Source: Candidatus Pelearchaeum maunauluense (GTDB lineage: Archaea > Thermoproteota > Nitrososphaeria_A > Caldarchaeales > Caldarchaeaceae). Taken from it: a DNA stretch of 64,000 nt. The position numbers and the translations under genes were made by a program. The DNA is taken from contig JANVYQ010000006.1 in the NCBI GenBank assembly GCA_030059675.1, positions 32,001 to 96,000 on the forward strand, read 5' to 3'. Below, piece after piece: positions 49,995-59,884 of this stretch. Within the stretch, counting starts at the first letter, position 1. Each line of letters opens with the position of its first letter. Below the pieces are notes generated by a model. That model was not told where the DNA came from and did no database searches. It worked only from the letters and a program-made list of their open reading frames with translations.

Positions 49995-50687
49995 ATGCTA
50001 ATCCTGCGTAACGTCGTTAAGCAGGTCGGCAGGTTCAGGCTAGGGCCAGTGAGCCTTGAGGTTGGTGATGAGACGCTGGTGGTGCTTGGCGTTAATGGGG
50101 CTGGAAAGACCACACTCCTAAACCTCATAGCAGGGATACTGGAGCCTGACGATGGGGAAATAATACTCAATGGCCAGCTCCTCAACGGAGAGCCAATAGA
50201 GCGGCGAGGCGTTGGATACATCTTCCAACGACCATATCTATTCCCACACATGAGTGTGAAAGAGAATATAGAGTATGGTCTAAGGCGTGGTGAAGAAAAT
50301 AATATTGAGAAGTTTCATTACGTAGTTTCGTTACTGGGCATAGAGAATATACTGAACCGTGATGTGCGTGGACTAAGTGGGGGAGAGGCTCAGAAAGTTG
50401 CCCTTGCCCGCACTCTCGTCTCAACACCTAAGATACTGCTACTTGACGAGCCGTTAGTCCATCTTGACGCGGTGGCAAGACGCGAATTACTGCACGAGCT
50501 TAAGCATGTATTAAAAGTACTCAAAATCCCGAAGATATACGTAACCCACGAGGCGCGCGAGGCGCGTGTAGTGGCAGATAGGATAGCTGTATTGGATTCT
50601 GGGAAGGTTGTTGAAGAAGGAAGTAGAGAGGAGCTTCTTAAAAATCCAAAAACCAGCTATCTAAGACGTTTTTTGGAGGAAGAGTAG
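49995..50687 (+). CDS. wtpC: Tungstate/molybdate ABC ATPase without C-terminal TOBE domain
   Basis: GVNGAGKT, LSGGEAQ, LLLDEP, YVTH. Confidence 0.88.
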   Translation: MLILRNVVKQVGRFRLGPVSLEVGDETLVVLGVNGAGKTTLLNLIAGILEPDDGEIILNGQLLNGEPIERRGVGYIFQRPYLFPHMSVKENIEYGLRRGEENNIEKFHYVVSLLGIENILNRDVRGLSGGEAQKVALARTLVSTPKILLLDEPLVHLDAVARRELLHELKHVLKVLKIPKIYVTHEAREARVVADRIAVLDSGKVVEEGSREELLKNPKTSYLRRFLEEE

Positions 50688-50688
50688 A

Positions 50689-51612
50689 TTATTCGCGACG
50701 TAATTTAACGCCGTCGCTAAAGCCTGATACTATAAGTTGATGGTTGGGGAATTTTTCCTTAAGAATCCCGACGACATATTCCAGTTCATCTTCATAAACT
50801 AATGCATGAACAGCTCTCCCCAGCATATTCTGCGCATAACCTATTACTGGTAGCTTCTCGAATTCCCTGAACATGGTCTTGACATCGCTGGTTGCCAGTC
50901 CTGTAGTTTCTGCAAACTCGCGCGACTTTTGTAGGAAGTTCTCAACTGTAGGATTATCTAAAATCTCAGAAAGCTTTGCATCCCCCACCCTCTCTATATG
51001 GCGTAGCCTCTCAACGTCTCCCAGTATCTCTGGTGTTTTGAGAGGCCCAGCAACTAGCGCTATGAGCCTGCAGTGTGGTGGTAAGGGTATAATGTCCATT
51101 AACGCGTTATCAGGGGAGCCTTCGCGTAAAACTAAGACTAGGCCGCTTAGCGTGGCTCCTATCTCGCTGTTAAGGCCAGTCTTGCATCTAAGCTCTATGT
51201 AGTGTGTCTGCCTTATTGCCTCGTTCATGGTCATCGGCCTTCCAGCTGCTAGAGAGCCTGCCAGGAGAACGCCCATAGCGCTTGCCGCGCTTGTGCCAAA
51301 CCCTGTTCCTATGGGAACGTGAATCTCATGCTTAATGTGAATAGTGCCGCTTACTCCTATCATATGTCTAAGGACTGTTGCAGCTTCGCGTGATGGTGGA
51401 AATTCAAATGCGTTGCCATTAATTGTTATTCTTGTAATCTCCTCATCGGTATCTTCAATTGAGACCCATGTTTCTACTCCATCTTCAAATGCGAATCCTC
51501 CTCCGCGTGCTCCAGTTTGGTCAGGGTTTGTTCTCAGCTTCTCGCCGTCTAGTATCTTTGGTGAGAATATGCTGGAGAGCGCCGCTGGTATGCGCGCGTA
51601 TGCTCTCTGCAT
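50689..51612 (-). CDS. Pantoate kinase (GHMP family)
   Basis: TGARGGG, VPIGTGFGTSAA, CKTGL, AQNMLG. Confidence 0.8.
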   Translation of the reverse strand: MQRAYARIPAALSSIFSPKILDGEKLRTNPDQTGARGGGFAFEDGVETWVSIEDTDEEITRITINGNAFEFPPSREAATVLRHMIGVSGTIHIKHEIHVPIGTGFGTSAASAMGVLLAGSLAAGRPMTMNEAIRQTHYIELRCKTGLNSEIGATLSGLVLVLREGSPDNALMDIIPLPPHCRLIALVAGPLKTPEILGDVERLRHIERVGDAKLSEILDNPTVENFLQKSREFAETTGLATSDVKTMFREFEKLPVIGYAQNMLGRAVHALVYEDELEYVVGILKEKFPNHQLIVSGFSDGVKLRRE

Positions 51613-51624
51613 TTTCTTCGCGCC

Positions 51625-52434
51625 TTAGTCTTGACGCATCCACGCTGGCATGGCTCTCTTAACAGCCTTCACAAGCGGCGGCAGTAAGGCTACTAGAAAT
51701 GGTATCTCTGAGAGATAGGTCCAGAGGAACAGCACAAGCGCCGCATAGAGCGGTGCGTTGATTAGCCCGCTGGGGAGTGCTAGAAACTGGCTATAGGCCC
51801 AGACACCGACGCCTATTATGGCGCTGCCCACGAGGAGTCCTAGGGATGACGACGCTAGTAGGCGGGCGTTTTCATGTCTTATCGCGGTGTAGGCCAGGCC
51901 TCCGCCTATGGAGAATCCCGCTAAGGCTAGCATGAGTAGTGCTCCTATGCCGACTGAAGCCCCAGCTACCGCTAGGAAGAATGTCGCAACCGCTGGCTCT
52001 CCAGATAGTAGGTATGCCGAGACCAGGCTCACGGCCGCTAGTGGGGCTATTAGTAGGCCTCCCAGCGTTGGCTGTGGATTCCATCTCTTGGCAGCTCTAT
52101 ACGCTACCCCAAGTATGTAGAAGCCTAAGACGTTGGCTGGCACGCCTACCGTGAGGCTGAGTAGCGCGTTCCCATGTATGAGCATGTCGCTTATGAATAT
52201 GCCTATCCCCGCGCCTGCCGCGCCTATCTTGGGGGAGAAGAGGACTGTGAAGAGCGCTGGTATGAAGACCACTGGCCAAAACCTTACGGTGCCAAAGAGG
52301 GGGGCGAAGATTCCGAGATACGTGAGATACCCTATCCCTGCGTATAGCGCGGCGTTCAGCGCTATTAGCATGGTTTCCAGGGATATGCTCATGGTTCTTT
52401 GTTGCGGCGAGCTTGCCTCCATGCCTGTTCGCAT
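51625..52434 (-). CDS. ECF transporter S component, QueT-like
   Basis: NAALYA, VRFWP, GAGIGIFISD, VGVPAN; about eight TMs. Confidence 0.75.
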   Translation of the reverse strand: MRTGMEASSPQQRTMSISLETMLIALNAALYAGIGYLTYLGIFAPLFGTVRFWPVVFIPALFTVLFSPKIGAAGAGIGIFISDMLIHGNALLSLTVGVPANVLGFYILGVAYRAAKRWNPQPTLGGLLIAPLAAVSLVSAYLLSGEPAVATFFLAVAGASVGIGALLMLALAGFSIGGGLAYTAIRHENARLLASSSLGLLVGSAIIGVGVWAYSQFLALPSGLINAPLYAALVLFLWTYLSEIPFLVALLPPLVKAVKRAMPAWMRQD

Positions 52435-52485
52435 GTCTCCTAGATTCTACTGATACTATTGCCTTATCTCCATAGTCTATATAGG

Positions 52486-53163
52486 CTAATGAGAACGAAA
52501 CAACTCTTCAGCTATACTAGCGCCGCTGCTGGTTCCTATTCTGTCAGCCCCAGCCTCAATCATAGCGAGCGCGCTCTCCAGCGTCCTTATACCGCCAGCA
52601 GCCTTAACCCGCGCCTTACCCGCTACTACCCTCTTCAGCAGACGCACATCTTCCACCGAAGCTCCAGATGGTCCAAAGCCTGTTGAAGTCTTCACAAAAT
52701 CAGCCCCAGCCTTCACTACAAGCTCAGCAGCTACCCGCTTCTCATCCTCACTTAGGAGACCGCACTCAATAATCACCTTCAACAAAGCTTTATGCCGCTT
52801 ACAAACACTAGCAATACTGCGTATTTCCTTCAACACATATCTATAGTTGCCCGACTTCAGCGCTGGTAAGTTGATTACCATATCAATCTCGTCGGCGCCT
52901 TGTTTAAGCGCAAGCCTAGCCTCATACACTTTCACCTCCATCAACGTAGCGCCAAGCGGAAAGCCGACTACAGTGCAGACTTTAACTTGGGATGAGCGGA
53001 GATGCCTAGCTGCTAGAGGGACATAATAGGGATTAACGCACACGGATGCAAACCCATAGCGTTTCGCCTCCGCGCACAACCTAATTATATCGTCCCTCCG
53101 CGCCTCAGGTCTGAGGTTTGTATGGTCTATGAGCGATAAAACCCTACGCGACTCAACATTCAC
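52486..53163 (-). CDS. deoC: Deoxyribose-phosphate aldolase
   Basis: IDHTNL, VGFPLG, EIDMV, FVKTSTGF, KAAGGIR, RIGTSS. Confidence 0.97.
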   Translation of the reverse strand: MNVESRRVLSLIDHTNLRPEARRDDIIRLCAEAKRYGFASVCVNPYYVPLAARHLRSSQVKVCTVVGFPLGATLMEVKVYEARLALKQGADEIDMVINLPALKSGNYRYVLKEIRSIASVCKRHKALLKVIIECGLLSEDEKRVAAELVVKAGADFVKTSTGFGPSGASVEDVRLLKRVVAGKARVKAAGGIRTLESALAMIEAGADRIGTSSGASIAEELFRSH

Positions 53164-53209
53164 GGCACTAAATTATGAAGAAACTTCATGAAAAGCCTTA
53201 CCATCTCTC

Positions 53210-53599
53210 CTATTGTATTGGATGAAACTCTCTACGAACTCCATCATATTCGTAGATTATGCGTGTCGCCTGGCCATCAAACTGAAAACCATAATCATAT
53301 AGGAAGTATGAGCGTGCCTCAACCCTGCTTACTGTTATCTCCTCAGTGTGGAAGACTTCATCTCCACGTATCCATTTAATCCGTATGGTTAGGTCGTTTA
53401 TGTCTTCGTTTGAGTAGTTTATTATGAAAACGCGAACTATCCTAGCATCTGGTAGATTATCGCGTGGAAAATAAAGCTCGGTTATCTTAACCTCATAATC
53501 ACGTTCAGCTATGTTATTTTCTACTAATAACTGCATTGCTAGATATACGTTGAGAGTTAGTGAAACAACCAGTCCTATTAGTAGCATCCTAGTCCGCAT
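53210..53599 (-). CDS. Membrane-anchored protein with small Ig-like beta domain
   Basis: N-terminal TM then beta-rich domain (INYSNEDINDL). Confidence 0.65.
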   Translation of the reverse strand: MRTRMLLIGLVVSLTLNVYLAMQLLVENNIAERDYEVKITELYFPRDNLPDARIVRVFIINYSNEDINDLTIRIKWIRGDEVFHTEEITVSRVEARSYFLYDYGFQFDGQATRIIYEYDGVRREFHPIQ

Positions 53600-53627
53600 A
53601 CTTGCTGCATGAGATTTTACTACGTCG

Positions 53628-54134
53628 CTAAATAGGTTGACCTGAGGTGCCTACCGCTTTTCTAAGAATATCTAAGCTTACTGGCTTATCCTTGGCGCTA
53701 ACGGCAAGCAGATGGCCCTGATGGTCTAATAGAGCCAGCACCCTTTCACCAATCTCGCGACGACGCTTATCAAAGTATCTCACATTTGTCTTGTCGTCGC
53801 AGGCTAGATTAACGTCGTAAATACTGTATATGAGGGAAGCTGTCGGTGCGTAGGGTATCCTTAGGTCTGTCCTGTATCTTATCTCGCGCGACTCTACTAC
53901 AATACCCATAACGAGCCGCCTGCGTCTTCGCTTGCTCTCCATCCTGAACATTCGGAATGTGAAAGCCGAAGCGGCGCCTAGAACTATCGCTATGAGCGGA
54001 GGCTCATGCTCTAGGAATAGGAGAGCAAGCGCAACACCCCAGAGTATGACGTTAACCTCTATTAAGAAAACTCGTACTAGCCTGTCGTTTTTGACGATTT
54101 CCTCGAAGCTTAATGGCTGTTGATTTGGCTCCAA
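53628..54134 (-). CDS. Hypothetical two-TM protein with C-terminal OB-like domain
   Basis: Two hydrophobic helices, KRRRR, then a beta-rich tail; start uncertain (TTG 54134 chosen). Confidence 0.6.
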   Translation of the reverse strand: MEPNQQPLSFEEIVKNDRLVRVFLIEVNVILWGVALALLFLEHEPPLIAIVLGAASAFTFRMFRMESKRRRRRLVMGIVVESREIRYRTDLRIPYAPTASLIYSIYDVNLACDDKTNVRYFDKRRREIGERVLALLDHQGHLLAVSAKDKPVSLDILRKAVGTSGQPI

Positions 54135-54187
54135 TCTCTGCCCAGGCCTATCTGTTAGACGCCGTACAAAAACTTTGAGCGCTCCTC

Positions 54188-54388
54188 CTATGTCTTGACG
54201 CTGCGTTTCATGTATGTTATGGCGGTGAAGACCATCCAGAGTAGTGCTAGGAGAAGCCAGAGAATTATGTATAGTGGCTCTGTAAGCCCAAGCACGTAGA
54301 GGGCGGCGAGTATTGCTATGGGTAGTGCAGTCATCAGTAGTGCTAGAAGTGTGGATGCTAGGAAGAGACACTTAACCTTCTCCGGCAC
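54188..54388 (-). CDS. Small two-TM membrane protein
   Basis: Two hydrophobic helices, GGAG upstream of GTG, operon position. Confidence 0.6.
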   Translation of the reverse strand: MPEKVKCLFLASTLLALLMTALPIAILAALYVLGLTEPLYIILWLLLALLWMVFTAITYMKRSVKT

Positions 54389-54400
54389 CTCCCGCAGCCC

Positions 54401-55582
54401 TCACGAGATAACGCCATATTGGTAAGATGTACCTATTAGCCTGCCTTCGGCGAATCTATGCTCGCTGAAGAACTCTGGATTGACCACATCGCTCTTTCCA
54501 TCGCGGAGTATAAGGTCGCTGACAAGCATTCCGAAGGCTGGGCAAAGCTTAAACCCATGGCCGCTCATACCCACGGCGTTGTAAAGGTTTTCAAACTTGG
54601 AAGACCTCCCAATTATGGGGTGCCAATCAGGGGTTATGTCGTATAGCCCTATCCAGCCCCCTGCGGCTTCGGCCTTCACCATGCATGGAAAGCGCCGCGA
54701 GATTAGCTCGCCATAGCTCATGAACGTATCCATGCTTACGCGCTCATCCAAGTTAAAGGCTGTAGGCTCCCTCTCCCTACGTGAGAGGTCTGGATTTATA
54801 CTGCCCATATACGTCTGCGTATCCCCAAATGGGCGCATGTAATAGTTATTCGGCAAATCCGCAAATACTATATGCTCCCCCCTAAACTCTTCAGGCCTCT
54901 TCCAAACCGCTATCTCCTCCTTCACCACCTCAACAGGAAGATTCAAACCAATCATGCTGCCAAGCTGGTTAGTCCATACTCCAGAAGCATTCACAACCAC
55001 ATCAGCCTCAAAAACCTCCTTATCAGTCAGCACGGCCTCAATCCTGTTTCCACCAACCCTGAAACCCTTTACCTCGGTCTTCGTCTTTATTATACAGCCG
55101 TTACGGGCTGCTGCTTCGGCGAATGTCTGCGCGGTCATGACGGGGTCTGCGTAGCCTGATTCGGGCTCGTAGGCAGCTCCAGCGAGTCCGTTAGTATCTA
55201 TCTGGGGTTGTATCTCCCTAAGCTCCTCTGGCGTAATGAGCCGCGTATTTATCCCCAGCGAACGCTGCATTTCTATATTCTTCTTAAGCCCTTCTAGGTC
55301 TTCTTGACCCGCAGCTATGGCGAAACCGCAGGCCCGAAAGCCTGAGGGGCCGCCTATTCTACGCTCCAGCTCGCGTAGAACCTCCCAGCTAATGAGCGCC
55401 ATGCGTGCTACTTCTGGCGTGCTATAATGAAGCCGAACAACGGCCGTTGACCTACCTGTCTGACCCCACGCGACGTACTGTCTCTCTAACAATACAATAC
55501 GCCCTGCGCCCCGTTCAGAGAGATAGTAAGCTATGCTGGTTCCAGTGGAGCCTCCCCCTATAACTAGGACATCAGCCTTCAT
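54401..55582 (-). CDS. FAD-dependent oxidoreductase, sarcosine oxidase beta/DAO family
   Basis: VIGGGSTG, GQTGRS, GYADP, YDITPDWHPIIG, GMSGHGFK; start reassigned to ATG 55582. Confidence 0.92.
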   Translation of the reverse strand: MKADVLVIGGGSTGTSIAYYLSERGAGRIVLLERQYVAWGQTGRSTAVVRLHYSTPEVARMALISWEVLRELERRIGGPSGFRACGFAIAAGQEDLEGLKKNIEMQRSLGINTRLITPEELREIQPQIDTNGLAGAAYEPESGYADPVMTAQTFAEAAARNGCIIKTKTEVKGFRVGGNRIEAVLTDKEVFEADVVVNASGVWTNQLGSMIGLNLPVEVVKEEIAVWKRPEEFRGEHIVFADLPNNYYMRPFGDTQTYMGSINPDLSRREREPTAFNLDERVSMDTFMSYGELISRRFPCMVKAEAAGGWIGLYDITPDWHPIIGRSSKFENLYNAVGMSGHGFKLCPAFGMLVSDLILRDGKSDVVNPEFFSEHRFAEGRLIGTSYQYGVIS

Positions 55583-55617
55583 GCATGGTGATATGGTTAA
55601 AGCCTTGTGATAAGTGT

Positions 55618-55992
55618 TCAGCGCTTTTGCTTGGTAAGTCTGAAGAAATACCAACAGCTAAGAGGACTTTCACTGGGTCGCTTCTCTATAATGACTTCTA
55701 TCTCATCCCCTATCGCTATATCCTCATAACGGGCATTCCTAACTATTCCTGGGAGACGTGCCTCTCCCAACTCTGCTATAGCTACAACATACGGCAACTC
55801 CGCCCTTGATGCTGATACATGAATCTCGGAATACGTGATTATTCTCCCCCTGTGGGGAAGCTCGACATAGCCCGTCTCCGCTCCGCATTCTGGGCATCGC
55901 CGCCTAGGAGGAAGACTACATGAACCACACTCACCGCATTTGGACGCTAGTATCCTGCCTTCGCAAAGCGCCGAGAGGAACTCCGCGCTCAT
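55618..55992 (-). CDS. DUF35 Zn-ribbon/OB-fold protein
   Basis: CGECG...PPRRRCPECG; ATGA overlap with the thiolase. Confidence 0.92.
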   Translation of the reverse strand: MSAEFLSALCEGRILASKCGECGSCSLPPRRRCPECGAETGYVELPHRGRIITYSEIHVSASRAELPYVVAIAELGEARLPGIVRNARYEDIAIGDEIEVIIEKRPSESPLSCWYFFRLTKQKR

Positions 55993-57146
55993 ACCGCCAG
56001 CACGTGAACCACGGCGGTAGAGTTTACGCCTCCCTCATTAACCGCTATAGCCTTCTCGGCATCTACTTGTCGTTTCCCAGCCTGCTTAGTGAGTTGCTGG
56101 CATATCTCATAGATTTGTGCCAGGCCCGAAGCTCCTACGGGGTGGCCGCGAGCCTTAAGCCCGCCGCTGGTGTTGACAGGTATCTTACCGCCTCTCTGGG
56201 TCTCTCCCTCACGCGCAAGAATATAACCACAGCCCCGTGGTGCAAATCCCAGAGCCTCATAAAGGAGTATCTCGTTTATCGTGAAGCAGTCATGAACCTC
56301 GGCGAGCTGTATATCGCTTGGCTTTAGCCGTGCTTGTTTGTAAGCCTTCTCGGCTGCCGAATGAACCGCGCGGGGCCATGTTAGGTCGCGCCGCTGCGAT
56401 ATGCTGAGAGTGTCGGATGATACCGTTGAAGCAAGTATTCTAACGGGAGTATCGGTATATCGCCGTGCAGCCTCCTCGGAAGCAACTACTACAACAACGG
56501 CGCCGTCACTTATGGGCGCTGAGTCAAGAAGTTTGAGAGGACGCGCCACCGGCCTGCTATTCATACACTCCTCCACAGTTATCCTTCTCTGTATATGCGC
56601 TTTAGGATTATAGAGAGCGTTTTCATGATTCTTAACGGCTATGAGACATAGGTCCTCTTCTTTTGCTCCAAAATCATGCATATACCTCCTAGCGAGCATG
56701 GCGTATTGGGCTGGGATTGTTATGCCGTTGAGCTGGTCTAGGTAATAGTCGCTGGCGCTCATCAGAGAGTCTGTAACCTCTTCTGTGTTTTTGGAGGTCA
56801 TCTTCTCCAGACCCACCGCCATGGCTACTTTATACAGACCCGACCTTACAGCCATGTACGCCGTATGCAGGGCTAAGGCTCCTGCAGCTGCGCATGCCTC
56901 TACGCGGTAGGCCTCGCGCATCAGGAGGCCAGCTCTCTCGGCAACCAGCGCCCCATACATTATTTGATGCTCATAACGCTCGGACTGGACTCCCACATAA
57001 ACAGCCTCAATATCGCGTGGTTCTATGGTGTTGGTAGCCTCGTTAAATGCCTCAACAAAAAGCTCTACTCCATCTTCCTCGCGCTTCCCTATTTTTGACA
57101 TGCCTGCCGCAACTATGTAGCACAAGCTAGCGTCGCGGTTTTCCAA
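55989..57146 (-). CDS. Thiolase (archaeal SCP2-like type)
   Basis: EACAAAG, AEVHDCF, NTSGGLKARGHPVGASG. Confidence 0.92.
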   Translation of the reverse strand: MENRDASLCYIVAAGMSKIGKREEDGVELFVEAFNEATNTIEPRDIEAVYVGVQSERYEHQIMYGALVAERAGLLMREAYRVEACAAAGALALHTAYMAVRSGLYKVAMAVGLEKMTSKNTEEVTDSLMSASDYYLDQLNGITIPAQYAMLARRYMHDFGAKEEDLCLIAVKNHENALYNPKAHIQRRITVEECMNSRPVARPLKLLDSAPISDGAVVVVVASEEAARRYTDTPVRILASTVSSDTLSISQRRDLTWPRAVHSAAEKAYKQARLKPSDIQLAEVHDCFTINEILLYEALGFAPRGCGYILAREGETQRGGKIPVNTSGGLKARGHPVGASGLAQIYEICQQLTKQAGKRQVDAEKAIAVNEGGVNSTAVVHVLAV

Positions 57147-57232
57147 GGGTCATATAACGGTTTTAGCTGGAAAGCCCTATCTTCTTGCACGGGTATGATT
57201 GTGTTATAATATTTCGAAAATACCGGGGAAAA

Positions 57233-57586
57233 TCATCCGCAGGGAAACTCAAACCCAATCCTGTAGAGTTTCCCCATATACCTTATTTTGGCTGCTCTTT
57301 CGCTCAAGTCAATACGACATTTCTCCTCTATCAGTTTAATGAGCTTAGCTGACCTATCTTTATCTAATGTAAATACTGCTGGTTTGACAAATAGGTCGTA
57401 ATAGTCGCGGGGGAATCTCTTTAGCGTGTCCTCAAGCTCACGGTCAGCCACTGGGAACGCGTCTATCAACTCGGTAAAGCCGTTGAGCTCCTCCTTATTC
57501 AGTTCGCAGCATGGCTCGCCTTCTAGGATGCGTACAACCTTAAACCTGATAGTTGCGGGTGATGCGGATAAGTATGAGAAGTGCAT
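57233..57586 (-). CDS. Hypothetical protein
   Basis: Fills the gap on the operon strand; protein-like composition, EPCC and C-terminal FPCG. Confidence 0.6.
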   Translation of the reverse strand: MHFSYLSASPATIRFKVVRILEGEPCCELNKEELNGFTELIDAFPVADRELEDTLKRFPRDYYDLFVKPAVFTLDKDRSAKLIKLIEEKCRIDLSERAAKIRYMGKLYRIGFEFPCG

Positions 57587-57624
57587 ATCTCTATTATGGG
57601 TTTGGCGCGATAAAAAGCTAAAGG

Positions 57625-57747
57625 CTATTTTGTGCGTATGCTGGTTTGTGCAGCCTTTTCCAACTCTTCCTTAAGTTCCTCAACTTTCTTCTCTACACGC
57701 TCTCGCAGCTCATTAAACCTCTTACGTATCAGCTCCTCATGCTCCAA
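57625..57747 (-). CDS. Unannotated 40-aa charged coiled-coil protein, candidate small A-ATPase subunit
   Basis: TTG 57747 overlaps the end of atpD behind GGTGA; MEHEELIRKRFNELRERVEKKVEELKEELEKAAQTSIRTK*. Confidence 0.7.
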   Translation of the reverse strand: MEHEELIRKRFNELRERVEKKVEELKEELEKAAQTSIRTK

Positions 57748-58396
57748 TCTTCATCTCACCCTCCTTACGACGCTCAAGAACCCGCTTCACACGCTTCAAT
57801 TTAACGAAATCCTCCCTCTCACGTTCTTCAAGAGTCGCAGCTATAAACCTTATCGAGTCCTGGTACCGCGGTATTATCAGATGCTCAAGCGCATTAAGAA
57901 GTCGTTGAGTCTTCTTCAACTCCTCGGCCATCCTGAATATAGCGTTCTCAAACTCCGCTACCCTACATATTATAGGCAGGAGGGCTCTAAACTTCATCAC
58001 AGTATTGTCAAACGCCGATATAGTATCTGCAAAGCCGTAGGTCAGTCCTACTTTTCTCTCTTCAACCACCACCGATGGAATCCTTATCCCTATGATTGTC
58101 TGCTCCCTTACGCGGACGCTTAATGTCTCGGGCATAGTGGATGCCATGCCCTCGACCTTCATAGGGCCCATAGTCATGTAACTCTCAAAAAGCGCTGCAT
58201 AAGCTTCTGAGAGGGGGCCTGTTAACTTCTCCCTCTCCTCTTCAACCCTTTCAATCAGCTCGTTAAGCCGCCGCACAAGAACATCGCGCTTGTCTTCAAG
58301 AATCCTATAAACGCTCCTCGCAACTTGGAGAGAGCGTCTAATCCTAATCATCTCCAGCTTTGTTGGAAGAACCTTGCCGCCAAAGCTAACGGACAA
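57737..58396 (-). CDS. atpD: A/V-type ATP synthase subunit D
   Basis: PTKLE, LEDKRD, KTQRLLNALEH, LEEREREDF. Confidence 0.96.
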   Translation of the reverse strand: MSVSFGGKVLPTKLEMIRIRRSLQVARSVYRILEDKRDVLVRRLNELIERVEEEREKLTGPLSEAYAALFESYMTMGPMKVEGMASTMPETLSVRVREQTIIGIRIPSVVVEERKVGLTYGFADTISAFDNTVMKFRALLPIICRVAEFENAIFRMAEELKKTQRLLNALEHLIIPRYQDSIRFIAATLEEREREDFVKLKRVKRVLERRKEGEMKIGA

Positions 58397-58464
58397 CTCG
58401 CAGTGACCCCGGAAACGCCTTGTAAAGCCTATTATTATCCCTTAACAGCAGGCCACTCTGTCAG

Positions 58465-59806
58465 CTAACTCCTCTTATTATCAACCATCTTAATACATTC
58501 TTCAATAATATCCAACGACTCCATCAAAACATCCTTCTCTATTGTTAGAGGAGGCTATATGCGTAATGTCCAGTCCCCATGATCCATTAGTGGAACTACG
58601 CCCCGCTTGATGGATTCTAGATATACTTGGCGGGTTGCTTGGGGGTTTCTTGTCTTCAGTTTCTTATCCTTAACAAACTCTATAGCCATGAGCATTCCCT
58701 TCCCGCGTACATCACCTACTATGTTGTAGCGTTCTGGCCAGTCTTGCATTCGTTTGAGAGCTTCTTCACCAAGCTGTGCTGCGCGTTCAACCAGCTTTTC
58801 GCGCTTCATAATGCGTATGTTCTCTATGGCTGCTAGACATCCTGCAGGATGTCCTCCGAATGTTGTTCCATAGTCTATCTCCTCGCTGGCCATGGCCTCT
58901 TCACTACCATAAACCGCCGCTATGGGAATATGCCGCCGCACAGCCCCTTACCCAGCGGCATAAGCTCTACATCAATCCCCCAGTGCTCTATCGCAAACCA
59001 TTTTCCCGTCCTACCAACCCCAGTCATAACCTCGTCAGCTATTAGAAACCATCCATAGTTGTCCGCAAGCCGTCGCAAGCCGTGTATAAAGCTGTCGGGT
59101 GTATCCATATACCCGCTTCACATGCTATAGGCTCAAACAAAACACCCGCTATGCGCTCTGGACTAGCTACATATGTGAGGATATAATCCTGAATATAGTC
59201 TATGATGAATTTTCCCCACCCCTCACCCGTCATTTGTTCAGGTTTCCTATACGTGTCAGGGTAAGGTAGGATTATCGCCCCGCTTCCATAGAGTGTTTCA
59301 TAATTCTTCCTTATGTCGGCGCTTTCTGGCCCGTAACCAAATGTTCCAGTATAGTAGCCGTGGTACTGGCCCATGAATGTCATTATATGAGGCCGTTTCT
59401 TCACACCGACGCAGGATTTCACAGCCGCATCAACAGCGCCAGTACCAGAAAGCTCCAACGCCACGCGCGTAAGCTTTTTAGAAGGCGCTATCTAAGGCAG
59501 CTCCTCAACCAAGCTAAAAACAGGCTTATGGAGATTAAGGCCATAGATTAGAAAACCATACTGCTTCAACCCTTCAATAGCCGCTTCCAAAACCTCTGGA
59601 TGAACATTCCCTATATTGTTGGTCGACCACTGGCTGGTCAGGCCGACAAACTTTCTGCCCTCAACATCTATTAGGTAAGAGCCCTTAGCTCCTGCGACTA
59701 TAAACCCAGTTACTATTGTCTCCTCACCCCAAAACTTCTTGGGGAGCATTCGTCTTGCCAGTTCTAAGTATTCAATTGTTGTTTTAGACCCGGTATAGTA
59801 AGTCAT
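58465..59806 (-). pseudogene. Class III aminotransferase, multiply disrupted
   Basis: In-frame TAG at 59492-59494 and 58555-58557, frameshifts near 59100 and 58925; QYHG, ADEVMTGVGRTG, TTFGGHP, RI*PPLTI. Confidence 0.9.
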
Positions 59807-59861
59807 GCAGCGCGGCGCCTTAGAGCAATGGGTTACCGTAAAATATGAGGCGCCGCGCTGC
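59807..59861. repeat. Perfect 14-bp GC-rich inverted repeat with 27-nt spacer
   Basis: gcagcgcggcgcct (59807-59820) and aggcgccgcgctgc (59848-59861). Confidence 0.9.
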
Positions 59862-59884
59862 TATTAAAGAGTTAAAGATTCTTG

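Noticed and set aside
2781-59494. Four in-frame TAG codons (2781, 47075, 58555, 59492), two in a CCT-TAG context, suggesting amber recoding or pyrrolysine
   Set aside because: The residues expected from family context differ (probably K, W, Q, K, each one substitution from TAG); three lie in genes that also have frameshifts; many intact genes here end in TAG; no pyl genes in the window.
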